Source of the DNA: the human T2T-CHM13v2.0 reference genome, Homo sapiens
DNA length: 64,000 nucleotides
Strand: one strand, 5' to 3'
Assembly: GCF_009914755.1 (NCBI RefSeq)
Contig: NC_060926.1
The notes under the pieces were generated by a model. That model did no database searches, was not told the DNA's origin, and worked only from the letters and a program-made list of their open reading frames with translations. This document shows positions 1-11,190 of the stretch, in pieces. Within the stretch, counting starts at the first letter, position 1. Every line of letters starts with the position of its first letter. Both the position numbers and the translations under genes were made by a program.

Positions 1-709
1 ATAAAATTTGCAATCAGAGTCTGCACCAACACAGTGTCTCATAAAACTTTTAAACCAAGTGAAAAGACTGAATATTCAGCAATCACCAAGCAGGAAAGAC
101 ATGTTACAGTGACAGGTATGACTCATAGCTGCTTTTGATTTCTCCAATGCTCTCACTTCCCAAAGACAAAAGAATCACATCTATAGGCCTCAGCTCTGCA
201 GAAAGGATATGCTCTGAGAATTAGTTACTCAACAAGTTGTCATCCCCATCTGAGGCTACACAAAGGCGCTTTCAGATCCACAGAATGTCCTTGTATGGCT
301 TGTGAATCCATATCTCAGAGCCCGTAATAGACTCTGTTGCGTACAAGAACCTAATACACACTAAAATAAGCAGCACCAAACACTAGGGAAAAAAAAGTTA
401 TTCATTAAATTAAGTTAGGTTGATTTCATAGGGATTTGGAAATTCATTTAGAGTCACATTTACATTATGCTCCAGAATAGACTCCAGATGCTTGAAGGAG
501 TTAAATCGTTTTAAATATGTGAAATTAGAGGGGAACTGGTTAAAATTAAATCTGAGTATTTACCTCAACTTCTAAGAGAGGCAAGCTTCTTCAAAATGGA
601 ATCAACAGAAGAAATTTCAGTGAAAAAGAGCATTTGGCTATTTCGCTGAAAATTAAAATCAGCAAAACCCAACAAACCTAAAATTTAAAATCATAAGAAA
701 CTATAATGT

Positions 710-880
710 GTTAGGCACATATCAAGCGTCAGGTGTGGCACTAGGCACTTCCATGCCCTCCCATTTCATCTTTGAGGCAGCCCCAGGAGGAGGCACCGTG
801 ACCCTATTGCACTCGTGAGGGAGAGGGGGCTGTGAGCCTCCCAGAGCCAGGTTTCCCCTGGGTCAGTCAGACACCGAACC
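710..880 (-). mobile_element. Diverged MIR SINE
   Basis: Degenerate antisense MIR (gtggcactaggcacttcc...ccagagccaggtttcccctgggtcagtcagac). Confidence 0.4.
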
Positions 881-1721
881 CTAGTCCATCCTGTGTGAAC
901 AGAAGAGGCAGGAACTAGGGGGAGATGCATTTAACATTTGTGAAAGCTTATTACAATAAATTAGAGGATCACCAAGATATTCCAATCATGAGGAGGTAAA
1001 GGGTCCACACGTGACAATTCCTGTAGCACAGGTGCCATAAGCAGCCGGACAGAGGGGGCTTCCTGAGAGCCCCCAACCCAACATGCCTGGGGAGGGGTCT
1101 CTGGGAGGTCTGACCACTCTCAGGGCCACAGAACTCAAAAGAGAGCTGAGAGAGGCTCAGGAGACACCCCAAAAGGCCACAGTGCCCCCTGAGATGAGGC
1201 CTGGCCCCTGGGCAGGCAAGACAGTGTCCGGCAGACACCACCTGGGTGACCTGAGTGAAGCATGTGGATCTATCTTCAAAATAAGAGCTGTTGGGAGGGT
1301 TAAACGAAGCCACGGATGACAAGTGCCCAGCACCTGGTAGGTGCTCCAGGGCTCTGTCCCGGTTCCCAGCCCTCCTGGCACCTCCTTTGTGTGGAGCTGG
1401 AGGAGACCAAGGCATGCACGCAAGGAGCTTGTGACAAAGCTGTTGAAGCAGTGATGGAGGAAAGGGGACAGGGATATGATCTAGTGATCAGGAAGCTGCG
1501 TCTACTTCTAGGCTGCAGGTGTGAAGGGGGTTGTGGGGTGGGGGTGCTGTGTAGTGATAAGAAGGCCATCAGTACCCCGGCTGGAGGCAACAGCCCACGC
1601 ATGCACACCTGCGCCCACCTTCTAGTCTGGTGCAGGGGTCTCCCTCGGCTACTCTAGCTAGAACCTGGCCAGCAAGGGAGCAGGGGTATATGTGGCTTCT
1701 AGGCTTCTAGCCTCAGCAGTG

Positions 1722-2210
1722 TGTGGTAGGCAAATAAGGACTCCTCTAAAGATATCTACATCCTAATCCCCAGAACCTGTGGATAGGCTGGGTCACACTG
1801 CAAGAGGGAATGAAGGCTGCAGATAGAATGAAGCTTTCTAATCACCTGACTTTAAAGTAGGGAGATTATGCTGGATTATCTGTATGAATCCTATATCCTT
1901 GAAAGTGGATGAGGAAATCAGAAGAGAGCCATCAGAGAGCAACACGAGAACTCATCCAACACCATCGGCCTTGAGGCTGGAGGAAGGGAGATGAGCAAGT
2001 GCGTCCAGAAGCTGCAAACGGTGAGGCTCCCACTCTCCCCTGCAGCCTCCAGGGAGGGATGCGCGTTGATTTGAGCCCAGTGAGATGTGTGCTGGATTTC
2101 TACTCTACAGAACTGTAAGCTAGTCACTTTGTGTTGTTCCAAGCCACTACGTCTGTGGTAGGGTTAGGGTTAGAGTTGGGGTTTGGGTTATCACAGCAGC
2201 CACAGAAAAG
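1722..2210 (+). mobile_element. MLT1D-like MaLR solo LTR
   Basis: Starts tgtggtaggcaaataa...catcctaatccccagaacctgtg; ends ttgtgttgttccaagccact...cagcagccacagaaa, as in the MLT1D consensus. Confidence 0.85.
2159..2190 (+). repeat. Short degenerate (TTAGGG)n interstitial telomere-like sequence
   Basis: tagggttagggttagagttggggtttgggtta, about 5 hexamers, inside the LTR 3' end. Confidence 0.7.
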
Positions 2211-2311
2211 AGGGGTCACCAAAAGAGAGGCTGCCTGCGATGGGAAAGCCATGGACCCAGGACCCTGCATTACTGGAGCCAGGTCTCTCTGTTCTAGGGG
2301 CCCGGAGACTC

Positions 2312-2477
2312 AGAGAGGTGGTAGTATTAGCTCTGCTTTATCAATTAAGAAACTGAAGGGCAGAGAGGTCAAAAAAACCTGCCTCAAGCTACACAGCATT
2401 CTGCGGCAGTTCTGGGATTCGAGCCCAGGCAGCCTGACTGTGGGGCTGTATTCTCATCCACTCCCTAACACTGCCTG
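2312..2477 (-). mobile_element. MIR SINE
   Basis: aagaaactgaagggcagagaggtcaa...ctgggattcgagcccaggcagcctgact is the antisense MIR core. Confidence 0.75.
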
Positions 2478-2864
2478 TTGCACGATATGCTGGGTGTTGT
2501 GTAACTTATATAGCAAAATACTAGAAACAATCTTATTGTCTAACACTAGGATTAAGTATTAATAAATCATCATAAGGCATCAACTCATTGGGTTTTATGA
2601 AGGCTTTCAAATAAATATGAGCACCACGGGAAAATATTGACAACGTGAAATGAAAACAGCAGAATGCAGAATCATGCTTACCTTACGATTACATGATGAC
2701 AATATGGCAAGGCCTGAAGCAGGATCATGAGGAAACAGAGACCTCTATGAGGGTGGTAGGAGCAAGCAGCCTGCGTGCCCTGTGATCCCCTGCAAATGAA
2801 GGTGGCACCATAGTTAGCAGCATGGGATGCTCAGAGAACAGAGGGAATGTGTTGCCGGACAGAC

Positions 2865-3005
2865 GGACTGGCTCCACCAGATACCACCTATGTTCTGTAA
2901 CTTCTCAGAGCCACTGTGTGTCATGTACAACGGGAGTCATAACACCACCAGGTTCATAGAGCTGTGGTAAGCGTCAAATGAGACCATGTTTGCAAAGATG
3001 TGGTG
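2865..3005 (+). mobile_element. Diverged MIR
   Basis: aacttctcagagcc...tcatagagctgtggtaagcgtcaaatgagacc resembles the MIR core/3' part. Confidence 0.5.
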
Positions 3006-3298
3006 GTTCTATAAACCTCAGCTCCCCCCGTGTCTCCCTGGCTTTTAAGGTTTTTTGTTGTCGTTGTTAACATTATAACATTTTTAAAAACTAGTCCTCC
3101 AAGGTTTATTTTGGAGGATTTCTGAGACTAACTCAGGGGGAAGCAGTGATGAAGAGGCCTCAACGGTCATGATGCCCATGGACCCGTCTTCAGTTGTGTT
3201 GAGAAGGAGAGGCTGCAGGTGTTTAAAACGCACAGTGCTGATGCATTTGACACAGTGCGCTCCTGAGGCCATCGCCATGGTCTCAATAACAAATGCCC

Positions 3299-3452
3299 GG
3301 GTGCGGGGAGCGGGGAGGGATAGCATTGGGAGATATACCTAATGCTAGATGACGAGTCGGTGGGTGCAGCGCACCAGCATGGCACGTGTATACATATGTA
3401 ACTAACCTGCACATTGTGCACATGTACCCTAAAACTTAAAGTATAATAATAA

Positions 3453-3499
<47 letters not shown>

Positions 3500-3500
3500 A
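3299..3500 (+). mobile_element. 5'-truncated L1PA2-like 3' end with (TAAA)n tail
   Basis: gggatagcattgggagatatacctaatgctagatgacgag...taaaacttaaagtataat (GAG rather than the L1HS ACA/ACG diagnostic); TSD aaatgccc at 3291-3298 and 3501-3508. Confidence 0.9.
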
Positions 3501-4342
3501 AAATGCCCATCATCCTGATAGTGTCCTGGGCCCTTGTCACCCCCCCTTTTCACCCTCTGCCCAATTCCCAGGCAACCCTCATCTGCTTTCAGTCAAACCG
3601 GTGGCTTCTAATCAGCAATGTTCATTTGTCGTCAGGGATGGTCACTGTCAGAGTTTATACCTTTTTTTGTAATGAAATAGGAATGAAAGCATGTCATTAA
3701 GCACTGATGGGACAAGGCAATTTAGCTACCACTGGGTTGCATATTCATAGCTGAGCCCTAATTAAATAACTGTCAAAACAACTCCTTTTCAATATCTCCT
3801 CCGGTGTGATGTGTACGCAGATAACCAGCAGACGGGTGAGCAGCTCGCAACTCTCCCAGCTGTCCCTTGACAGGTATTAGACATCCAGGTGGAGCCTGTC
3901 TGCTTTTACCCATGACCCCAACACTGGGTAGTGCTATCCCTGCTGGCAGGTGCAGGCACCCTGATTTCTGATTTCCACCTCTCTCCTTCCTCTTCCCTGG
4001 CCTTTCCTTCCTCCTTCTGCTGCAGCTCCCCTGCTGTGGAACATTCGAGAGCCATCATGCATTCAGCATGTCTCACTCTATTTAAATAGGGATGGGAAAG
4101 AGCAGCTCTCTTTTTGGCTTGTTTTGTCCTAGTCTGACCCTTCTAAGATCAGAGACGGTCCAACTCCAGGGGGCTTGAGGCCGTGTCTCTGGGTATTGTT
4201 GCTGTGGCTGGAGCGATGTGCAGAGAGGCCTTTCCAGGAGCCCCCCTACCCAGTTTATCTGAAGCCAGGTGGGGTGAGAGGTGGGTGTGCGTGCGGACTC
4301 TGACCCTGGTTTTGAGCCTCACATTAATCTTAACTACGCCTC

Positions 4343-4620
4343 ACTATTGGGAATAGTGCCGCAATAAACATATGTGTTCATGTGTCTTTATAGCAGCATG
4401 ATTTAGAATCCTTTGGGTATATACCCAGTAATAGGATGGCTGGGTCAAATGGTATTTCTAGTTGTAGATTCTTGAGGAATCGCATTAAGAGATATACCTA
4501 ATGTAAATGACAAGTTAATGGGTGCAGCACACCAACATGGCACAGGTATACATATGTAACAAACCTGCACGTTGTGCATATGTACCCTAGAACTTAAAGT
4601 ATAATAATAATAAAAAAAAA
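4343..4620 (+). mobile_element. 5'-inverted L1PA4/5-like fragment
   Basis: Antisense L1 (4343-4483) joined to a sense 3' end with A-tail; TSD taactac(g/a)cctc at 4331-4342 and 4624-4635. Confidence 0.9.
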
Positions 4621-4684
4621 GCCTAACTACACCTCTTTCTTCCTTCTTTCTCAGAAATCCATGTGGTCCCTAAAACAGGTCTTA

Positions 4685-4790
4685 CTCCATTTTTTAAACC
4701 AAAAACTATGAAGTCCCAGACAGGTTATGCACATGGCCAATGACACAGCTGTTAAGATCCCACGTTGGCTGACTCTTGTTCCCAGGTTTT
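4685..4790 (-). mobile_element. MIR fragment
   Basis: ccattttt...cagacaggttatgcacatggccaatgacacagct. Confidence 0.45.
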
Positions 4791-5030
4791 CCAAAAGCCA
4801 AAATGTCCCAGTAACAGCTGACACTTAGATGCCATTTACTTTGTAGGCCCCTCTTGAGTTTCATGAAACCCAAGGAGCGACTAGACGATCCCATGGGGGG
4901 CTACTAGATTCTTGTCTTATATAGAAGCACAAGCACAGAGGAAGGTTACCTCTTCTGTCCCTCTGACATGAATGTTCTTGAGCTGGGCCTGGGTCCAGGT
5001 GACTGGAGATGTTGCTATGTGTTAAGAACG

Positions 5031-5077
5031 CATTAATTTCAGTGGCAAAAACCACAATTACTTTTGCATCAACCTAA
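5031..5077. mobile_element. MADE1 (Hsmar1-derived MITE), one arm only
   Basis: tggcaaaaaccacaattacttttgcatcaacctaa followed by TA matches the Hsmar1/MADE1 TIR. Confidence 0.85.
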
Positions 5078-5269
5078 TAAATGTTACGCACTCTAAACCT
5101 TATTGTATATATTATTGTAATAAATAATTGAATTAATTAACATTTATAAATAACATTTAAATATATTAACACTTAATATTAATATCCACTGTTAATATTT
5201 GATACAATCAATGTTTTAAATTAATCATTAAATCTCTAATGAATAGATATTTATATTTGCTGAGCAATA

Positions 5270-5376
5270 ACTTGATCATTGGTGAAGCTGGTGGTGGGTA
5301 CACGATAGCTTATTTTACTATTCTCCCAATGTTTAAATATATTTGAAATTTTCCAGAGTAGGGAGTTGAGAAAAAA
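5270..5376 (+). mobile_element. Ancient L1M (L1ME/L1MC-type) 3' end
   Basis: tgaagctggtggtgggtacac...ttttactattctc...tttgaaattttcca. Confidence 0.6.
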
Positions 5377-5929
5377 TTAATGTGACAAGCCTTTCTTCCT
5401 TCCCCAAGGACACGTAAAAGTCTTAGAGCTTGTGGCTGCACCATCTTTTCTCCCTGGTGTGTTGTAGAAGGACTTGGAGGCCCCGGACAGATGTCCAGAT
5501 GGTGGGTTCAAGTTCTGCTTAGTTTTCACACCCACACACATATTCACTCACTCCATTTCTATGGTGAAGTTCAACTTGTTGGTTTCCATTTTTAGGCCCT
5601 ACATTTTTCTTATTTGGTCGGCTTAGAGGGACAGAGAAGGAAAGAGCATTTCTCATCCCGGAAGCTTGAGGGAGGTGAGGAGCCTTATTCAGCCCACCTC
5701 GTCTGGGAAGCCTTCTGGGAGGACCTGAAATCTGAGGAGGGCTTTGAGCTGTTTTCTGCAGAGACAGGAGGCTGTTCCCAGAATCCGTAGGCAGAGCCTG
5801 TGCAGGCACAGATGCTGCAGCAGAAGGAGGAGGCCAAGGGGACACAGGCCCGAGCCCCGCCCTTTGCTGCGTGAGACTATGGCAGATGCATCCATTCACA
5901 TAACATCCACCCAAGCCAACGCCAGATGC

Positions 5930-6470
5930 TGGGACACAGGGAAAACCAAGGACTTGATCCTGTGCTCACAGACTCCAGAGCTCTGGGGCAGGCAGCATCA
6001 TAAACAGCTAGACTAGCATGATGGCATTAGGAAAGCAGGAAGCCCAGGGAGGTGTGTGAGGACTGCAGGAGGCAGGCCACGTGCCGGAGGGGCAGACATC
6101 CTGAGAGACCAGAGGGGGTGAGACCAAGGGTCAGGGGTGGTGGGACGGTGGATTCCAGGAAGCGGGTGAAGAAGAAATGAAAGATTGGAGGTGAGAGAGC
6201 TCAATGTGTTTCGGCTTTAGTTCGACTGCAGAATGGAGTAGGAGTAGTGGTGGGCAGGGTGGGGAAAAGGATCAAGAGATGAGGCTGGACAGTTACAGGG
6301 GCTCATGATAGTATAGCCCATTTGAGAACACACAGATACACTCTGTTTTTATCCTGGCAGCATAGAGGAAAAATAATGGAAGGGGCTAGATTGCAGACCA
6401 AGGAGGCCAGTTGGGCAACTGTTGTAGAATGAAGAAGGAGACGAGGCCATGGCCCCAGGAAGCATGGGCA
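5930..6470 (-). mobile_element. Diverged L2 LINE fragment
   Basis: Purine-rich antisense L2-like motifs (ggaggccagttgggcaactgttgtag; gatcctgtgctcacagactccagag). Confidence 0.4.
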
Positions 6471-6604
6471 GTCACCAGTGTGCACAGGCACTGTCAAAGC
6501 CCTGGAGGTGGCTGACAGTTCCCACTCTGGGACAACTCTGACGGCATTGGCCGGGTACCGAGAGGAATCATGCTGAATCCTGCTCTCAAGAAAGTCACAG
6601 CTGG

Positions 6605-7056
6605 ACTATTCACAATAGCAAAGACAGGGAATCAACCACACAAATGGCTGTCAAGGGTAGACTGGATAAAGAGAACGTGGTACATATACACCATGGAATA
6701 CTACGCAGTCATCAAAGAACAAGATCATGTCCTTTGCAAGAACGTGGATGGAGCTGGAGGCCATTATCCTTAGCAAACTAACACAGGAACAGAAATCCTA
6801 ACACTGCATGTTCTCACTTATAAATGGGAGCTAACTAGTGAGAACACGTGGACGCATAGTGTGGAACAACACACACTGGGGCCTATCGGAGGGTGGAGGG
6901 TGAGGAGGGAGAGGATCAGGAAAAATAACTAATGGGTACCAGCCTTAGTACCTAGGTGATGAAATCATCTGTACAACGAACCCCCATAACACAAGTTTAC
7001 CTATATAACAAACCTGCACATGTACCCCTGAACTTAAAATAAAAGTCTAAAAAGTG
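6605..7056 (+). mobile_element. 5'-truncated L1PA13-15-like 3' end
   Basis: aggatcaggaaaaataactaatggg...cctgaacttaaaataaaag; perfect 16-bp TSD agaaagtcacagctgg at 6589-6604 and 7057-7072. Confidence 0.9.
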
Positions 7057-7090
7057 AGAAAGTCACAGCTGGGTGATAAAGCTTCACTGG

Positions 7091-7530
7091 CATTGCAGGA
7101 CAGCTCTCCTGGGCCTTGGACTAACCCAGTTCTCCCCCTCTCTCACTTGTAGTGCCTGAGAATAACCAGAACGTGCTGGAGTACATCATGTTCTGGTTAG
7201 ATAACGGGGGACTAACCAGAACAGACTGACTCTGTCCGAATCACCCCTGGAGACAGGAAATTCTTCAACACTTTAGCCCGGCAAGTCATGCTCTCCAGGG
7301 TATAAAACCCAAGGCCAGCTTCGGGCACTTGAAGACAAGACTCCATCCACCCAGGCAGCTTTCCCGAGCCTCAGGGGAGCAACTCCTCATGAATCCCAGG
7401 CTTCTGTTGTCTTTTGCTGCCTATCTATAAGAAATAAATCCACTTCATTTAACCTGCTGCATGTGTGGGAGTTTCTATCTCACAAAACTCAGACAAGTCG
7501 GTAACCAGTGCACAGTGACCCTCCTTCACA
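7091..7530 (+). mobile_element. Solo ERV LTR (probably ERVL class, family not settled)
   Basis: ttgcaggacagctctcc start, TATAAAA 7301-7307, AATAAA 7433-7438, ends ggtaaccagtgcacagtga...cttcaca. Confidence 0.75.
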
Positions 7531-7622
7531 GAGGTTAAAGGGAGAAGGTTCATCAATGATGATTCTGAAAACTAATGGTTCCAAGAGAAGTTAGGGGCTA
7601 AGACCAACAAGAACTTACGGCA

Positions 7623-7929
7623 GGCCAGACATGGTGGGCGGCTCATGCCTGTAATCCCAGCACTTTGGGAGGCCGAGGCAGGCAGATCATCTGATGCCAG
7701 GAGTTCAAGACCAGCCTGGCCAACATAGTGAAACCCCGTCTCTACTAAAAATACAAAAATTAGCCAGGCATGGTGGTGCGTGCCTCTAATCCCAGCCACT
7801 TGGGAGGCTAAGGTGGAAGAATCAACTTGAACCCAAGAGGCAGAGGTTGCAGTGAGCCAAGATTGCACCACTGCACTCCAGCCTGGGCAACAGAGTGGGA
7901 CTCTGTCTCAAACAAAACAAAACAAAAAG
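7623..7929 (+). mobile_element. AluS
   Basis: Full dimer with ctactaaaaatacaaaaattag linker and (CAAAA)n tail. Confidence 0.95.
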
Positions 7930-8449
7930 AGAGAGAAAGAGAAAACTTCCCACATGCTGCTGGGGGGTTAGGGGATGTTAGATGCTCCCCAGCTGTGCTC
8001 CATGCAAAACCCCACCTTGCCCACTTATCACACCGTGTAGCCATCTTGTATTCGCTGGTCTGTCTGTGCCCTCTGCTAGCCTGGGCTTGCCAGAGGGCAG
8101 GGAGAGTGCCTGAATCTCCATCATCCAGCACAGCCCTGGGCATAGCGCATGTTCGTTTAGCCTAACTCTCTTCTGGCTGCTCACCCCAAAGAGCTCACGT
8201 GGGTCATTCTACCCATGCTGAGACTGGGAGAGGAGACTGTAGGCACAGGTCATATTTCAAGTATGAAAAAATGTTTCTTTATTGGCTCCCTAGGGTTTAG
8301 TCCTGCACTCAAACCTCAAGTGCTTCATTGTTTCAAATTTCTTCTAGGATTAAGCTGGTTCATTAAATCTGGTATTATGATCCCAGGACACAATAAACCA
8401 CGAACATGAAATGACCACTGAGAAGCTTATGACTTTATCAATCTATCAG

Positions 8450-8545
8450 ACACCCTCCAAACCTCCAGGCCTTTGCCTGTGCGGTCCGTTCCGCCAGGAC
8501 AGCCTTCCGCCCCCAGCCCCTGTGGGTGGCTGGAACATTCCTAGT
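8450..8545 (+). mobile_element. L2 fragment (continues near 9335-9400)
   Basis: cctccaggcctttgcctgtgcggtccgttccgccagg is a typical L2 3' motif. Confidence 0.5.
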
Positions 8546-8559
8546 CATTGATACAGTTT

Positions 8560-8905
8560 CGTTTGTTTGTTTGTTTGTTTGTTTGTTTGTTTTGGTTTTG
8601 GATTTTGTTTTGGTTTTGGTTTTTGAGACAGAGTCTTGCTCTGTTGCCCAGGCTGGAGTGCAATGACAGGATCTTTGCTGACTACAACCTCTGCCTCCCA
8701 GATTCAAGTGATTTTCCTACCTCAGCCTCCTAAGTAGCTGAGATTACAGGTGCACACCACCACACCCGGCTAATTTTGTATTTTTAGTAGAGACAAGGTT
8801 TCATCATGTTGGCCAGGATGAACTCAAATGCCTGATCTCAGGTGATCCACCCGCCTCAGCCTCCCAAAGTGCTGGGATTACAGGCGTGAGCCACCGCACC
8901 TGGCC
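8560..8905 (-). mobile_element. AluS
   Basis: Antisense Alu with (TTTG)n tail; degenerate TSD tcattgatacagttt / tcattgatatacttt. Confidence 0.95.
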
Positions 8906-8911
8906 ACTCAT

Positions 8912-9329
8912 TGATATACTTTGGATGTATGTCTTTGCCCAAATCTCACGTTGAAATGTCATCTCCAGTGTTGGAGGTGGGGCCTAGTGGGAGGTGATTG
9001 GATCATGGGGGCAGATTTCTTATAGATGGTTTAGGACCATCCCCCTTGGTACTGTCCTTGTGATAGGGAGTGAGTTCTTGGGAGCTCTGGTCGTTTAAGT
9101 GTGTGGCTCCTCCCCGCCTCATTCTCTTGCTCCTGCCATCCTGTGAACTGCTTGCTCCTGCTTCACCTTCCGCCATGAGTAAAAGCTCCCTGAGGCCGCC
9201 CCAGAAGGAGATGCCACCACACTTCCTGCACAGCCTGCAGAACCATGAGCCAATTAAACCTCTTTTCTTATAAATTACCCAGTCTCAGGTATTTCTTTAT
9301 AGCAATGTGAACGAGAATGGCCTTATAGA
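8912..9329 (+). mobile_element. MSTB-like MaLR solo LTR
   Basis: tgatat...ggaggtggggcctagtgggaggtgattggatcatggggg...ccaattaaacctc; 5-bp TSD CTCAT at 8907-8911 and 9330-9334. Confidence 0.9.
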
Positions 9330-9409
9330 CTCATCCTCCAGATGAAACATCTCTGACCCCAAGGCAGCCTCAGATGCTCCTCCACCTTTGCTCCCTTCTG
9401 TGGGTTGTG

Positions 9410-9664
9410 GGCCAGCACCGGGCTTGAGAGTGTGGTCTTCCTATCAGACCACCTGGATGCAAAGCCTGGCTCTGCTACTTCCTACCTGTGTGACCTTGGG
9501 CAGGCTACATAACCTCTCTGTACCTTCATTTTCTTCTATACCAAATGGGCATAATACTAGAACTGATTTCATAGGATTCTTGAGAGGAGTTCATGATAGG
9601 ACACATGCAAAGCACCTGGAATGGTGCCTGGGAAACATAGTGTTCAGTGAACGTCAACTGTGAT
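9410..9664 (+). mobile_element. Near full-length MIR
   Basis: ctggctctgctacttcctacctgtgtgaccttgggcagg...aacctctctgtacc...aaagcacctggaatggtgcctgg. Confidence 0.85.
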
Positions 9665-10002
9665 CACTTATACACACCATTGCACCGTAGGCTCCTAGAG
9701 GGCAGAAATTCCATATTATCACTGAACGCTTTCCAAGGAGCGTGCTGAATGATTACATAAGAGAAAGAGAAGGAAGGGAACAGACAGGAATGATCAAATC
9801 TGGCATCTCAGATACAAAATTGTGCCTAAAGCAACAAGGCAATTTCAGTACTTTAAATGTAGAATAAATGTCAGAAACAATAACAGGCATTGGCCTTGAC
9901 CTTGATTGAGCCTACTGATGAGTTACGGTCATGGTCTGTTGTGGAACACTTGGGACTGGAACCAAGCAGAGTCTGAATCCATCACTGGCAAGCAGAAGAA
10001 GC

Positions 10003-10220
10003 CTGGTGGGTGGAAGGCATGTGGATCTCACAGGTGGGGCTTTGGGTTCCTGCTCCTTTACTTATGAATTGAGTCGACTGGGGCAAGTTACAGAAACTCT
10101 CTTGGCCTCAGTTTCCTCCCAGGGATGATCCACCTACTCCTGTGTTTCAAAAGAATCATACTGATTCCCATAAGTAAGTGTCTAGGTATTCGGGAAGAAA
10201 CGAGGTGCTCAATACATGCT
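10003..10220 (+). mobile_element. MIR
   Basis: gggcaagttac...ggcctcagtttcctc core; ends ggtgctcaatacatg. Confidence 0.65.
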
Positions 10221-10899
10221 CCACCTCCATACATAGCTCCCAAAACTCTATTTACTCTTCAAAATTGGAAAGTTTTTAAAAATTCATGAAACCTAATAGG
10301 TGTGCTCTGGAACAATCCTCAGTTCCCAGACATCAGTGAAACTTACACTCAACTTACATCAGCTCAAGTGACAGCTGATGACCTGTGGCCAACCCCACTC
10401 CAAACCCCAGGAACCTGTGACAACAGCACTTGGAAGGTGACTGCGAGGTACTCATTGCACTTCCAAAAGGAGGCTTCATGGCCAGGAATGGAAGATTGCT
10501 GTATCCAACCTCAAATGCAGAGCAGGGCAGCATGGCTGTGGTAAACTAATTATCAGTGCCAGAACTGAAAAATAAGAGAATTTACCCAAGTTCGGTTTGT
10601 TTTCCCCAACCTGAAAATAAACTAGTCTCCATGGAGCAAACATCTCATAAATTAAACATGTGGAATTTTCCTTCTCTTCAGTTCAAAGATTTAGCAAATA
10701 TCTTATTAACAAGGGTGCTCAAAATGATTTTTAAAATAATCAAATAGAAGTCTAAATTATTGCTTTACATTATTTTTTCCAAGTGTTGGAGGACGCCAGA
10801 TGGCTTGTAGGAATAAGGGATTCTGCAACCACCCTTTTATTCTTGTAAAAAAAAATAAGTGAATTATGAGTGGCCATGAATATTCTGGCTCAGGAACTC

Positions 10900-11190
10900 A
10901 AGCTTTCTAACAGTAATTACTGGCAGAGGGATAGAAAAATCAATTGAACGGAACAGAGAACCCAGAAGCAGGCCTATAGATTATATACTTAGCATATGAC
11001 AAAGATGATATTCCAAATCACTAGGAAAAAGACAGACTAATCAACAAACGGTATTGCTACAATGGGCTATCCATTTAGAAAAAAATGAAGATGGCTCCCT
11101 ACCTCCCAGGTAAATTCTGGGTGCATTAAATATCTAAACATATGTCTTTAAACATGGTGAAAAAGACTATGATCTTTAAAAGTAAAATAA
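10900..11190 (+). mobile_element. Ancient L1M ORF2 3' fragment
   Basis: ggaacagagaacccagaag...tatgacaaagatg...tcaacaaacggtattgctacaatgggctatcca. Confidence 0.7.

Noticed and set aside
969-1657. Cluster of overlapping ORFs up to 148 aa
   Set aside because: GC-rich non-coding composition, ORFs on both strands, no domain and no convincing splice structure.
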